Below are positions 27,347 through 41,389 of a stretch of 64,000 bases of DNA, piece by piece. Below the pieces are notes generated by a model. It saw nothing but the letters and a program-made list of their open reading frames with translations, was not told the origin of the DNA and ran no database searches. A program made the translations under genes and the position numbers. The DNA lies in NCBI GenBank assembly GCA_951406725.2, contig OX597827.1, forward strand, positions 50,716,001 to 50,780,000, written 5' to 3'. Within the stretch, counting starts at the first letter, position 1, and each line of letters starts with the position of its first letter. Source of the stretch: Octopus vulgaris (Eukaryota).

Positions 27347-27602
27347 TATATATATATAAGTTGGTATGGTACTGCCGCCTGCTCATATTGAAGGTGAGAT
27401 CTGTTTCACTCGGACGCAGGTCAACTCATTTCCTTTTTTACTGCCAGTAATAATTATTGCATGAATATAAATTCATTACAAGATAAAACCAAAAATCGAG
27501 TACCATTCAGCAAGCCATTAGCAGGATCCAAATTTCTCAGCAGAATCACAATGGAAATTTTCTACAGTGCTGGCCTGACGGCATCAGAGTATTCAGATCC
27601 TA

Positions 27603-27886
27603 TGGCTAGGGCAGCGGACTCGATGTTTCGATTCCCAGACCGGGCGTTGTGAGTGTTTATTGAGCGAAAACACCTAAAAGCTCCACGAGGCTCTGGCAGG
27701 GATAGGGATGGCGATCCCTGCTGTACTCTTTCGCCACAACTTTCACTCTTTCTTCTGTTGGACTGCTCGCTTAGCCAGCGCGGAGGCGTCATTTGAAGGC
27801 TAAAACAATGCGAAGCGTATTGTGACCAGCGATGTGTAGCAACATCTGATAGCATGGTCAGTCACGGTGATCACGGGGACGGTGAT
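27603..27886 (+). mobile_element. SINE related to family C with a different 3' tail
   Basis: Shares GCAGCGGACTCG...CAGACCGGGCG.TGTG...GAGCGAAAACACCTAA...TTCGCCACAACTTTC with the 11265-11548 element, then diverges and ends in TCACGGTGA repeats. Confidence 0.8.
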
Positions 27887-27997
27887 ATAAATACACATAT
27901 ATATATATATATACTTGAAATTTACAGAAAAACAAAAGACGAAGAAAGGTGTATAAACAACAAATTGGTGTAGTATCTATGCATATATGTATATATA

Positions 27998-28052
<55 letters not shown>

Positions 28053-28057
28053 ACATA

Positions 28058-28115
<58 letters not shown>

Positions 28116-28178
28116 GACTTTTCATTTTAAAAAAATTGATAATGAAAGAATTGTTAAACTAAAAACTTGGTTTTGTAC

Positions 28179-28441
28179 TTAAATATAAAGAAGCGGAGAG
28201 ACAACTAAGTGGATTCCTTATATACTAAAAATAGACGTCAAACTGTCCTACCACGAAAATGTTTAGAATTACCGTAAGGTATGGAATTAGGTGCTATGTT
28301 TCTTTCTTTTCATTTGTCTAGCTCGTAAACATCTAGTGTCTTGCTAATTTGGGAACATATTTTTCGTGGTAGGACGATTTGACGTCTATTTTTAGCACAC
28401 AAGGAATCTACTTAGTGGCCTCCCCTCTTATTTATATTTAA
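28179..28441. mobile_element. MITE-like foldback (~85-bp imperfect arms)
   Basis: CTAAAAATAGACGTCAAACTGTCCTACCACGAAAA pairs with TTTTCGTGGTAGGACGATTTGACGTCTATTTTTAG; both ends TTAA. Confidence 0.7.
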
Positions 28442-28677
28442 ATATAATTTACAGTCCTTGGACGTTTTTTTACGTATGTTGACCACTGGTTCAAATTATT
28501 ATTATTTGATAATATTAATTTTTGCCCTAATTAATTGGTTTTGTACCTTTTTAATATATAAAATACTACAATTGCCGTTATTTTTGACGGCACAGGGCCA
28601 GCCAGTACGAGAATTGGAGCCAGCTAGTATGAAAATTGGAGCCTATTTATTCGGTATATCATCTGTTCTCGGAATTA

Positions 28678-29556
28678 CGTTGTCTGATCAATAAGTATCC
28701 GGACTGTTGCTATAGTAACGAAGCTAAAGCACGCATAATAAAGCCGCTTGGTAAAGATTGATCTTGAACTCTGCTGCGCATGCGCACCAAGTTTTAACGT
28801 TCTAGCTCACATCCGCTGTTTACAGCAGTTCTTGGAAGGAAGGTGTGTAGCATGGGGTCGTCGCATCGACAATGACAGAGAAAGCTGAGCAGAGAATCTT
28901 GGCGATACCTGCTCAGAGGCCAACGCGAAGTTTTCAAAAAGTTTTCATCGTTCTCGACACAATCAAGGAAACCTAGTGCTACTGAAACCCATGTGTCCTT
29001 TTGGTCAGCTGAAAGCAGTTTTGGCACAAACTTGGCAGACATGCGTCTTATACGCAAATCTTCAGTGATAATGGATTGAACTGAACTGTAACTGATTGGC
29101 ACATCCTCTGATAACTCATGAATGGTGGTTAAACGATTTCCCCTCACAGTTGTACGCACATCCTCGATGCTTTTGTTAGTTCTGCTTGTTGCGGGTCTCC
29201 CAGAACGTTCATCAATATCGACAATTTTTCGACTATCTTGGAATCGTCTGAACCACTCGTGCACATGTGTGTGGCTCGTACACTACCCCCCCCCTCCATA
29301 CAATTTTTACAACTTTACATTGGGCTCTAAGCAGGTATCGCCATAACAACTTTCTCGGTCATAGTCAATATGACGATCACACGCTACACACCTTCCTTCC
29401 AAGCACTGCTGTAAACAACAGAAGTGAGCTAGAACGTTAAAACTTAATGTGCATGCACAGCAGAGTTCAAGGTTAATCTGTGCCAAGCGGCTTCACTCTG
29501 CGTGCTCTAGCTTTGTTATTATGGCAACAGTCCGTACACTTATTAATCAGACTTCG
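28678..29556 (-). mobile_element. Mariner deletion derivative with inverted duplication of its 5' end (~240-bp arms), TA TSD
   Basis: ORF has WFRRFQD..DERSGRPATS, RMSAKFVPKLLSADQK and DENFLKT. Arms 28678-28922 and 29320-29556 are reverse complements and both contain the MTEK start; TA at both ends. Confidence 0.9.
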
Positions 29557-29730
29557 TATGTATATAATGTATACCGATGTGTACAAAAATAACTAGTAAT
29601 ACGTATTTTAATATCAATTTTATTATGAATTTGTGTAGCTTCTTTTACGTTTCTTTTTCTTTATTTTATAATTTTATAGCGATATTTCGTAAAGCAACGA
29701 TACTAATATACTAATATAAGAATAATATAA

Positions 29731-29920
29731 GGTGGCGAGTTGACAGAATCGTTAGCACCGGGCAAAATGCTTAGCGACATTTAGTCTGTCTTAACGTTCT
29801 GAGTTCAAATTGCGCCGAGGTCGACTTTGCCTGTTACCTTTTGTGGTCGATATACTGAGGTCAATATAATCGACTTACCCCTCCCATCGAAATTTCTGGC
29901 CTTGTGCCAAAATTTGAAAT
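29731..29920 (+). mobile_element. SINE family B, alternative tail, 14-bp TSD
   Basis: GGTGGCGAGTTGACAGAATCGTTAG...GGCCTTGTGCCAAAATTTGAAA; TAATATAAGAATAA at 29712-29725 and 29921-29934. Confidence 0.85.
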
Positions 29921-30945
29921 TAATATAAGAATAACAGATTAATAATAATGGAGTATTTTATGTGGAAATACTTCGATCTGAAAATTCTTATAATAACTCC
30001 TAGAAATCCTTATAAGTCCCAGAAATCCTCCCAGTAAAGAATAATGTATAAACTCAACAAAAGAGAGACTGTCAAGTTTACATAAGCTATTGAAATTTGG
30101 AGAGATATGTAGGTTTATTTCAAGATAGAAGATAATAGATATGAAGATAATTATCAAAATAATTAACTCGAATATTAATGTCAGAATTAGCAACAACAAT
30201 AAAGATTTATATTTTGCTAGGCTCAAAGCCAATTTTTCGATTGAATTGATTCCAGTATTGAATTTTCGACGATAAACAGCAAGGCAACTTATGGTGAGAT
30301 TTTAATTCAGAGCAGTCAGACATCGGGTTATCAAGCACTCAAATGCATGGGTGAGAGAACTCGTTGCCTTCATTCAAAGTTGAAACTACCCACAAACAAA
30401 AGTCATCCCTGATCGAACAGACCTATTATCTGGGGTATATCAGCCTAATCATCCTGTCTTATTTACATACAGTGGCAGTTTAAGAGCTAGAGTATGATTT
30501 GAACGAGCAATTCACGCTCTAACAACTCTTATGTACCTAACAGTTCGACCATGTTCGCCATGCGCTTTCTTCTGTATGTTAAAATTCCTTCTTGTTTTGC
30601 CACCCGCCTAACAATATACACTTTAATACAGATGATACTACCACTCACTCGACCAACATTCAGGTTATACGCATCATCCAAATGCAACCTAAAGATGTTG
30701 TGCTGGTATACACTGATTCCAAGAATAATCGTCATTGAAGAGGAAACTGACAAGACAATGCCTTTCAATGAAGTAAAGTGCTATATCTTTTACTCTCGAC
30801 TTATTAATAACACAATTAATACCTTGAAATCAATATAAATATCTCTGGCCATCAATCTTCTTATAATTCTCGTGTATAGCGTTACCAAGAACACAAAACA
30901 AAGGCACTGTTTCTCTTCAAGATAAGAAGATATTCAACCCTAATA

Positions 30946-31108
30946 GGCGTAGGCGTGGCCGTGTGGTAAGAAGTTTACTTTCCAACCTCATGACTGCTGG
31001 TTCAATCCCACTGCGTTGCGCCTCAGGCAGGTGTCTTCTTCTATAGCTTCGGGATGAGCAAAGTCTTGTGTGTGGATTTGGTGAACGGAAACTGAAAAAA
31101 AACCCGTC

Positions 31109-31162
<54 letters not shown>

Positions 31163-31381
31163 GCATGTGTGTGTGCCCTCCGCCACCGCTTGACAACAGG
31201 TGCTGGTGTGTTTACCTTCTCGTAACTTAGTGGTTTGGCATAAGTGACCCGATAGATTAAGCACCAAGCTTTAGAAAGTAAGTATTGGTCTCAATTCATT
31301 CGACTAAATTTTTTTCAAGACGGTACCCCAGTATGACCGCAGTCTAATGACTGAAACAAGTAAAAGATAAAAGAAAAGATA
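30946..31381 (+). mobile_element. SINE family A
   Basis: GGCGTAGGCGTGGCCGTGTGGTAAG...GGTTCAATCCC...(TA)n...ATGACTGAAACAAGTAAAAGATAA. Confidence 0.9.
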
Positions 31382-31530
31382 GTCTGTTACTGTCTGCTCT
31401 TCTTGTTAGCTGTATGCCCTCATTTTACAGACTCTCCCATCACCTTTTCTGATTTCAACGCCACTGATTCACACAGAAAAGAAAACCAGTTATGTGTATA
31501 CGCAAATTAATCTATCTATCTGTCTATCTA

Positions 31531-31577
<47 letters not shown>

Positions 31578-33392
31578 AGGAATTCCATAAATATGCTCCA
31601 TATGCTCAATTTATTAGTTATATATTTCAGCACTTTATAAGTTGTGTTAGTTTGAGGTCTGGTTTTAGTTTATTCGAGACGAACGTCCGGGCACTGCAGG
31701 TTCAACTATTGAGTCACTACATGGATTATTAGCATAAGAGATTCAGGCATTCACATATTTATTGACAAAAGTCATCTGCTGAACTAAACCTCAAAAAAAA
31801 AAATCAATTTTTTTCTCTCAAACCATATCTACTAGACTATATAACTGGGAACAAAAATACCCAAAGCAGTTAGAAAAAATATGAAAGATTTTGACTTGTA
31901 AATATCTAACCATCGTCTGTTACGGGTAGTAATTGTATTATTTTCGTTATATATGTTAACCCGGAAGCGAATAGACATTTCTTTTCTATTCTATTTAATT
32001 TTTGCGCATTTCTAGTTTTCCATTCTTGTTTTCCCCTACTTAACTTTTGACCTTTCTTCCATTTCTGAATAAAATATCTTATTTATTATTTTGTTTGTAC
32101 CAACTATAGAGTAAATTGGATTGTGTGTAAAATATTTTTCTTTCTGCTAGCGTTAGATGTAATGTTTTATCCACTGTTTCCAAGACTTCGCAGAAACAAG
32201 TCAAGGCGGTCCGGCTGACACCATAATTATGACTCAATTTCCATATTGATCCTTGATCAAAAACTTTGAGTAATTGAATACAATTGATTAGGCCTCTGTT
32301 AATTTCAAATATCGATTTTATCGACAAAACAGTATTTTTTTAATTGTAGGACCAGTGAGATTTGGTGGCTGATAAATTGTTCTTCACTTTCAAAGAATAT
32401 CCATCATTTCTATCATATTTATGGTTTCTCTTTGTTTTTTTTTTTGTTTTTTTCTTCTCATGTCGATAAAATATTTTCACACTTTGAAAATGAATAAATA
32501 TATTTTTTATAGCATTTGTTTAGAATGTTTTCTTTTTCATATTTCTGGGGATATTTTTTTTTTACAATTTTCTTTGATAATTGGAAATAGTATAATTTCC
32601 GATCTGTGAAGTTGTTATTGTTGTTGTTGCTGGTGAATCTGCTGTGTGATCATGGTGCAGATAATAATGAACGCATCATGGAAGTAATGATGATGATGAT
32701 GAGAGGTAGATGGGGAGAGGAAAAAAGAGATAAAATTCTTGCTGCTGCTGCTGCAGCTGCTGATAACGTTGATGGGGAGGAAGGTGAAAGGGAAGGAAAG
32801 AAGGAGGAGCAAAAAAAGTAGAGGATGGAGTGGAGAAGGGAAGATGATGATGATGATATATAAATATTGTTTCTATTATTTATCAGTAGTGTAATTGTTG
32901 AACTATTCAAGAAAGAAACTGCGTTGATGTGAAGATGAAACTGTCAATCTAGTCACTCAGTTATTAATTTTCTTTTAGACGTTAGTATTGTTTCAATATC
33001 AATGTGGCTGCTCTGTGTTTTGACAACGTTGTTACAATTTCTCTGAAGCCTTTACAAACCATAATTCTTTTGATTGCAATTGTTACTCTCACACTTTTGC
33101 TACCGAGACCACTGTTTAATTACTCTCGCTCTGCATAGTGATGAGCAGGATGACGATGAGTAGGTTTATTCATCTTTAGAATTGAAGCATCTCTTAAATC
33201 TTGAGAGAAACCTTTATCAGTTAGAGTGGAATAATTTACCCAATAAGCTCAGCGAGGGAGTATAGCAGCATTAAAACCTGGCATAATCCCACTGTTAACA
33301 CAATCAATGTATCTGCGCAACACTTACTCACAGCAAACATGCCAGCGATAATTAACGATCACAGATTTATCAGAATTTATATATGCGTAGGT

Positions 33393-33640
33393 GAGGGCGC
33401 GTGACCTAGTGGTTCGGGTGTTGCACTCACGATCGCAAGATCATGGTTTCAATTTCTAGACAGGGTGGTGCATTGTACTCTTCACGTTGCTCTGCAATCA
33501 CTTCGATACTTGTCGTATGACACACCGAGCACCTGTACAGGCAATATCAATTTTGATGCAAAGAGTTAGCTAATGTGCAGCACGAATATTTAATCACTAT
33601 AACCAAATCATTCGTACAAGTTCTGCAAGTAATTGCAGAA
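33393..33640 (+). mobile_element. tRNA-derived SINE family D (diverged)
   Basis: GAGGGCGCGTGACCTAGTGGTTCGGGTG (A box) and GGTTTCAATTTC (B-box-like), followed by a non-tRNA body. Confidence 0.55.
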
Positions 33641-33850
33641 CTGTCTTTCTCGGACTACGAGATTCTACCATCATCATCATAAGCATGTGTGTAAAGTATG
33701 TGTGACTATATAAATATATATATATACATATATATATATATTATATATATATTATATATATATATATTATTTATATAAACGTATATATATTATTTATATA
33801 TGTATATCTATTATATATATATAATATATATAATATATATATAATATATA

Positions 33851-33894
<44 letters not shown>

Positions 33895-34129
33895 AGATTG
33901 CAAGTATTAAGTTTTCACGGAATACGTCATCTACCAGCGTAAAGTTCTTACGTCATACCTATTAACTAAGTTTTACATTAATCTGGAATTCACAGTAGAA
34001 CTGTAATCCCACAACTACTGTCACAATACAAGTATTATACATTTGCTGAGTAGAGCTCTCTTAATAGTAAAAACAACAACAACAATAACAACAACAATGA
34101 TAGTAATAATAATAATTACAACAACAACA

Positions 34130-35750
34130 ACTGAAAAAGACAGTTCAGGTAAAACAGATTGTTTAAAGCAAATCAGAAGAAACTGTTTCAGGAAGTAGAT
34201 GGCCAAATACACATAACAATAATACCAGACGCACAGGAAAGCAAGGCATTCTTGAGACGGATCTGGGACCAACCTGTAGATCATAATGACGACGCGGAGT
34301 GCCTGCAGGAAATCCAAGATAAGTTAATAAATATAGAAGACATCAAAATAACTACAGTAGTTATAAACAGTTAAGAAAATTCCCAAATTAGAAGAGCCCA
34401 AGAGCGGATGGGGTCCAAGGGTATTGGATGAAGAAGCTGAGAGGGATCCATGAAAAGATAGCACAACTAGATGAGTGCTTGCAGGAAGGCAGTTGGATGA
34501 CAAAGGGGAAAACATTGTTATGTGGCAAGGATCCTGAAAAGGGAAATGTAGCATCCAACTTTAGACCTATAACGTGATTTCCACTAAGATGGTAACTAAC
34601 GTCAGGTGCTTTGGCCTGTGTACTGTACAGATACTTGAAAAAAAGTGGGCTGCTACCCATTGAACAGAAAGGGTGCCGGAAAAGGAGCCGGTGAATGAAA
34701 GATCAGCTCTTAATTGATAATCTAACTATCAGGAAATGCAAGAGAAAACATAAAAATCTGAGCATGGCATGGGATGACTATAGTAAAGCATACGATATGA
34801 TACAATACTCCTGGATAATAAGAACAATGTAAATGTATGGAGTAGCAGAGAATATGAGAAGCCTTATATGGAATAGCATGAAATGTTGGAGAATGAAATT
34901 GACAGCTAGGAAGTACTAGGAGAGGTGAAAATCAAGAGAGGAATCTTCCAGGGGGAAAGTATGTCCCTACTGATATTTGTGCTGGGAATGATCCCCTTGA
35001 GTGAAATACTACAGAAAACAAAGTACAGATACTGGTTGCCTGTACATGAAGAGAGTAAAGGGAGGAAGACTGCGTGCGTATCGAACTCGAGAGCTTAATG
35101 AGATACCTAGCCCAAAGTAAGGAAACCTTGCTCGTGACAGTCAAGGAATGAGGAAGTATCGAGAGCAGAGAAAAATGGGAAAACAAAGGAAGTACAAAAA
35201 GGACATGAAGAAGAATTTTGCAAGAAGGGACTACACAATCAATTCTGTGTAGCCACAACAGAAGTTGCTGGAAAACATAGGTGGAACTGGCTGATAAAAG
35301 GAACCCTAAAAAAGGAGACTGAGAGTACTAATACTTGCAGCGCAAGCCCAAGCTTTGGCCATGAACTGGAGAGTCAACCTTAGGAATGAAAAAAGTGTTT
35401 CCGTTGTGCCACATCTGCAATAGAGTGGATGAAACCATTGCTCATATCACGAACGAATACCATAGACTTGCCCAAAACCACTACAAGTTGTGGCGACACG
35501 ACCAGGTAGCGAAAGTGCTACATTGGAAACTGTACGAAAAGTGGGGACTAGAGATGGGCAAGACGTGGTATGAACACAAACAGCAGAGAGTGGCAGAGTA
35601 GGACGCTGGTAAAATCCTCTGGGATTTCCCAATCCAAACAGATCAGGTGCTAGAGCATAACAGATCGGTGGTAGACATGGTGCACCACGTAAGCTATATA
35701 GTTGACGTCGCATGCCCCTTTGACCCACGAATAGTCTAAGAAGGAAGGCG
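34130..35750 (+). mobile_element. R4/Dong-clade REL LINE remnant with internal deletion
   Basis: RT motifs NFRPIT, EQKGCRK, KDQLLID, MAWDDYSKAYD and KRGIFQG. After a gap come the zinc knuckle CHICNRVDETIAHI, RHDQVA, ILWDFPIQTD and IVDVACPFD (restriction-like endonuclease). Flanked by AAC/AAT and GATA/TAA arrays. Confidence 0.9.
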
Positions 35751-35754
35751 AAAA

Positions 35755-35799
35755 GATAGATAGATAGGTAGGTAGATAGATAGATAGATAGATAGATAT

Positions 35800-35880
<81 letters not shown>

Positions 35881-35889
35881 GATAGGTAG

Positions 35890-35944
<55 letters not shown>
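35755..35944. repeat. (GATA)n followed by (TAA)n
   Basis: Direct reading. Confidence 0.95.
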
Positions 35945-35946
<2 letters not shown>

Positions 35947-36529
35947 AAGAGCGTGTCTGTGTGAGAGAGGGAGAGAGACACAGAGGGGAGAGAGTAATAC
36001 AATAAAGCAATTTAAATAAATGAGATGGAACATGCTGTCAGCGATTATTGTTTTCATGAAAAAAGTTTACTGTCAAAAGGGTGTGAGAGAAAAGTGGAAG
36101 AAAGGATATAAAACGAGTAATGAGAGGGGAAAGGTGAAAGTCAGAAAGGAAAATATAAATCTAAATTACTACCAAAGCAATAAAAAAAAAAACTTATCTA
36201 TGTGCCTCTGGTAAAGAAGAATGTCATTAGGAAGGTCAGCGATATTATAAAGTATTTGTCAAATGACAAAGTGGAGCAAATACAAACAAGCCTGCCTAGC
36301 CGGGTCTGAAGTAGGACAGCTGACGATAGAGATTTCAGCACTTACTTACATTAGACTACTACAAATAGTTTGAAAGATCAGGGACACAGTGTAGCGGCAT
36401 TTATTACGGCGAAGACTTTACTTGGTAAACTACTCGTTCACGTTCAACGATATGGCAAAGCAAGGTTACAAATCACCTGGTAAACTTTTCGGGTAAATAC
36501 TTTATTTACTAAAACTTTGTGTGTGTCTT

Positions 36530-36583
<54 letters not shown>

Positions 36584-36774
36584 AACATGAATATCTGTTG
36601 TTTTAATCTAAGACAATCCTGATGAATCAAATCTATAATACAGGACTCACTTGGCGTACGAATTTCGTTTTTCTTTTTTTCTTTTTGCATCCAGTGTATC
36701 CTTTTATTTAAAAACGACGGGAGGATTTGATATAAGGGGGAGCTGGCCACTTCATATGCCGTTATTCTGCTTTT

Positions 36775-36836
<62 letters not shown>

Positions 36837-36899
36837 CAAGTTGGTTAATGTTTACAATTATTACCCGGAAACGAAATAAAAAAAAATAGAGCAACAGGT

Positions 36900-37765
36900 G
36901 TAAAAAATGTTTAGGAACCGAATATGAAAACAAAAATGAGCGGAAAGCAATGAGGGTTGTGGGAGAGGACTTCGGAAAATTCACAAGATCCGAGTTTTTC
37001 CCTCATAACTTTTAGGAAAATGTTATTGTTTTTTTAATGAAATTTTATATGAATACCTTTCAAACGGCGTGCATTACAGTTATAACGAAATTTGTGGGTA
37101 AAATCTTTTTTGAATGGGTCGGGAGAGGATTTCGGAAAATTCACAATGGATACCTTTTAATGAAATTGTATACATATACCTTTCAAACGGCATGCATTAC
37201 TGATGCCTAATGTACCGCAAACCCCTTATTTTTGTTCGGAAAAAAGGTGGTGGGGGAGAAACCGGAATTATAGGAAAATGTTTTTCTTTTTTTCCGATGA
37301 ATAAATTACGGTGGCCTAATATGCAGCAATCTACAATCTGGGATTAATATATCCTGTAATTTTTAAGAGATATGTAAAAGACAATTTGTTTTAATATTAT
37401 AATTTTACTTGTTTCACACACACACAAACACTAACGTGGTTTTCTCTCTCCTGTTCAGACTATGTTACCATTAATTTTTATAACTTTAGTATTTTCGCTT
37501 TCAAACTTGTTCTTTTCAAACTTGTTTGAATTTTCAATCTAATGCAATTTCGCATCTCACCTTCAAAAACGCATTTATTGGGGTTCCCCACCTTTCTCCG
37601 AATAAAAATCAGGGGTCTTCGGTACATAAGGCATTCGTAATGAATGTTGTTTGAAAAGATATTTATATACAATTTCATTAAAAGATCTTTATTTTCCTGA
37701 AAGTTATGGACGAAAACCTCGGATCTTGTGAATTTTTCGAAATCATAACTAGTTGGTCCCTATTC
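36900..37765. mobile_element. Non-autonomous foldback DNA-transposon-like element with repeated subunits
   Basis: Unit TTCGGAAAATTCACAAG...TTTTAATGAAATT.TATA...TTTCAAAC occurs directly at about 36970 and 37130 and inverted at about 37580-37742; ends uncertain. Confidence 0.55.
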
Positions 37766-38391
37766 ACTAACTGTTTTTTGCCTAACCAAATTCTAGTATT
37801 TATGACTATCCCAAGTTAGGAAGACAGACATATTGTTGAGAACAATAGATTTCGTTGATGGTACCTGTTATCTCAATTCTAACTTTTGGTGGCCTAGAAG
37901 AGGTTAGAAGAGTCAAGTGGCAAAGACATTATTCTGCTTAGCGAAGGCATCTGGTAGTCACTCACAGAAAAACTATTGCTTTACCGTGAGAAAAGTGCTG
38001 TTGAACGGTTAAGTGAAATTTGGCAATCGAGGATCGAATCCACGCCATGTCTGCATGAGGCCACTACATCACGTAGTAGTGTTGTTGTTATGTGTGGGAG
38101 TTTTGTTGTCGGGAGTGCTATATCTCACTGTTTTGTCCGATTTAGTAGTTGTTCTATTTTTCACCCTTTTTCTTCTTCCTCCTGTGGACAGATAGATAGA
38201 TAGATGTCTTGCTGTATTCTAGTATCTGGCGTTCTGAGTTAAAATCCCGAACGTCGCTGGAATTAAACATTGCTACCGTTTGGCTACTGGGCACCATCAG
38301 CGGTGTCCACTCTGTTGCAGGACATTCGGACTCACTTTCAGAAGTTTTAAAGGGTCATGGGACGGGTCTTTCTTCCTAATATATATATATC

Positions 38392-38460
<69 letters not shown>

Positions 38461-38864
38461 GACACACAGACAGATATGTATGCCTTGACTTTTCTCCCTC
38501 ACCTCCTCTCCCTTTCATTTTCTGTATGTGTGTGTGTATGTGTGTGTGAGTATGTATAAATGTTTGCGTATGTAGGTGTATATGTTGTTATCGTGCTTAT
38601 GTACGCAGGTAAAATCAGGATTTCTCTCTAAGCTGCCCGACTTTACGCAAACCTGTTTAATTTCCCTTTTCATAAAAGCTTTCTTTACTCTTAGTAACAG
38701 AAATGAAAAAAATTAAGCTACGTGCGATGACTCACGCATAGCATTTAAGTGTGGGGTGCATGGAATAAAGGAAATTGGTTTCTTTTTTTTCTTCGTTTTT
38801 TTTGTCTTTTTTTTTTGTTTGTTTTATGAGTTCAGTGACTGAAAATTATGAAATTATAATTTTA

Positions 38865-39760
38865 CTAGCAGAAATACCCGGCGTTGCCTAGGTTAAAAAG
38901 AATAATGAAATTTAAAAACGCCGTCGCTCTCAAATGCTAGTAGCTGAGATACCAACTTCCTACAATAATAACTATCCAACCCATGTCAGCATGGAACATA
39001 GACGTTAAGTGTAATGTTGAAAGAGAGTTTTCAAGTCATATATCTATATAAAATAAATACACGTAATTCAAAAATACGTTTTGTCCAGCTTATTTCGTAA
39101 CCAAAAAACAAGTACAAATTATAAACAATGAAAGGCCGATTTTTGTTATTCATTTGCCAGACGTAATAGAGAGCCAATCCAATGATAAATCTGATCCTTG
39201 ATCTTGAGAGTTTGCATGAATCCTACCTAACTCAGTTAAATCACTTGAGGCTCCAAATGATGCCAAATGTAATGCAGAATTGCATTGTCTAATTTTGTTT
39301 CGGAAGAGCTTGGAATCTTGGTCAGTTGATGACAACAGTTTTTTCAATGGCTCTGGAGGTTGGGGGATTGCAGGGAGTTTAATCTTTCCACTACTGCAGC
39401 ACAGTGCAGATGTCTCTCCAAGCCACTTCTTTGCTTTACAATGTCTGCACTCAGTTGTCATTGCACCAATGGAAACTCTAATGTCATCTGCATAGTGAAC
39501 TGCTGGATCATAATTGAAAGCTGCTTCATAGAAGTTCCTTCTCTGAGCTGTTGCAACTGCTCTTCGTTCTGCAGTGGAGATCCTATTCCTTGTCCACTGT
39601 GCATATCTGGGTTCATCACTCTGGCTTTTGTAGTGCACAGTCTGTTTGTTTATTGGTATGCTTCCCTTTCCGCAGCTGTCTCTATTTCCGTGGACAGAGA
39701 CATTCTTTTGGCTGACCTTGATATTGTAGACAAATTTGACACTTTCCTTCTAGGCGTAGT
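38865..39760 (-). mobile_element. Internally deleted coding Helitron (RepHel N-terminus joined to helicase C-terminus and 3' end)
   Basis: Start-like PRRKVSNLS; zinc finger CRHCKAKKWLGETSALCCSSGKIKLP; FRNKIRQCNSALHLASFG; KIKDQIYHWIGSLL. Decayed LYVACSRVG motif near 38980; 3' hairpin plus CTAG at 38865. 5' end not located. Confidence 0.88.
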
Positions 39761-40074
39761 TATATGCGTATACAGAAATACACAGGTGCAGAAGATAGTA
39801 AACAATAAAAATAACTGGGTAACGGAAATTATATTTCTTAATACAACGGGCAGAAAGTAAATAAGAAATTTTTGCAGAAAATAAAGAATTGCACGGGTTG
39901 AAGCGAACCAAAGAGCCAGTATCGAAGGAACCAGAAAAAAGCCGTCAACAACAGAAAAACCGAAAACAAGTAAAGGAGGCGCGTAAAATAGACTTGCAAA
40001 ACTGATTTCTAGTTCCCTTCTAAACCGTTCCGTGTACCCTTCCTAGCATCAGGTAATCACCAAGTGATTGTCCC

Positions 40075-40235
40075 GGACGACTAGAAATAGCAGCCAAATT
40101 CCTTCAACTCACACTAGATGGGCAGTGTGGTTCTGAGTTTACGGTATATTGGATAAAAACAGGATGGTCACGGCTGGATTGTTTTTACTAATAGGTCAGC
40201 TCGATCAGGGCTGACCTGAGGTTAATATATCAACT
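40075..40235 (+). mobile_element. Old dispersed repeat (best-preserved copy of a decayed family)
   Basis: CTAGAAATAGCAGCCAAAT...GGATGGTCACGGCTGGA...GATCAGGGCTGACCTG; weaker look-alikes near 3.3, 12.4, 13.1, 17.4, 30.4, 48.7 and 56.6 kb. Confidence 0.55.
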
Positions 40236-40653
40236 GTACAATAACATTTTACTCACAAGTCATAGTAATTTCAAAACAATGACGTACCTTTTAATTGATA
40301 CAGAGTAAGGAATCCGCAATATCTTGGAGGAAGTAGTCATCAGTTTATATTTAGTACCCTAAAAAAAGGGGCCATTCTAATCTACCGCAGTAGCAATTGT
40401 TCCAAATGTTGGCACAAAGCCAGCAATTTTAAGAGGGGGAATTAAGTCGATTATATCGATCCCAGCACTTGATTAGTACCTTATTTTATCGACCTCAAAA
40501 GGATGGAAGGTAATTCATTATGTTCTAAGTTCTAATTCCACCGTCTCGGTGCTGACAATTCTACCATCCGCCACTTTAATCTACGACGATGCGACATTTT
40601 TCTTCTATTAAGCATCTTTAAAGTCCACCTTCGTAGCAAAGTTGTATCGATAT

Positions 40654-40688
<35 letters not shown>

Positions 40689-40780
40689 ATCTATCTATAT
40701 ATATATATATATATATCTATATATCTCCCTCTCTCACTCACTCACTCACTCTCTCTCTCTCTCTCTCACCCTCTCTCTTG

Positions 40781-40942
40781 GGCGGCGAGTTGGCAGAATC
40801 GTTAGCACGCCAGGCGAAATGCTTCGTGGCATTTTTGTCTGTCTTTATGTTCTGAGTTGGTTGAGGTCCACTTAGACTTTCATCCTTTCGGGTCGATAAA
40901 TACCAGTTAAGTACTGGCGTCAATGTAATCGACCTAACCACC
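40781..40942 (+). mobile_element. SINE family B, partial
   Basis: GGCGGCGAGTTGGCAGAATCGTTAGCACGCCAGGCGAAATG...TTTCATCCTTTCGGGTCGAT. Confidence 0.85.
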
Positions 40943-41389
40943 CTTCTCTCTCTTTCTCTCTCTCTCTCTCACTTTCTGAGATTAAAGAAATACATAAGGT
41001 ATGTTTAATTCACGATCGCTAGAATCTCAAATAAGAAATTAGTAATTTCAAAGAACTTGGGTTTATTGGTAGTATCCTTGCATTTAGAAAGCAAAACTTC
41101 TCCTCTAGCTGTTTAAAATCTTAAGGTAACAAGCAAGGTAGATAACTTTAACAATATCAGCTAATGGTTAGCAATGCGAGGTAAGTGACTACTTGCTTTT
41201 TACCAGACGTTAAAGTTGATATTCTAATACTGACACTTTCTCTTCGGGCTCTCTAGTCATTTTATCAATGTACAGCCAAAATGGCATAAATATTGATACT
41301 TTCCTTTGTGGAGTTAATATACAGTAGAGCTATGCCAACGACAAAATAAAGAAACGATTTCGTAACCAAAGCTGAGGTAGCATATATTG

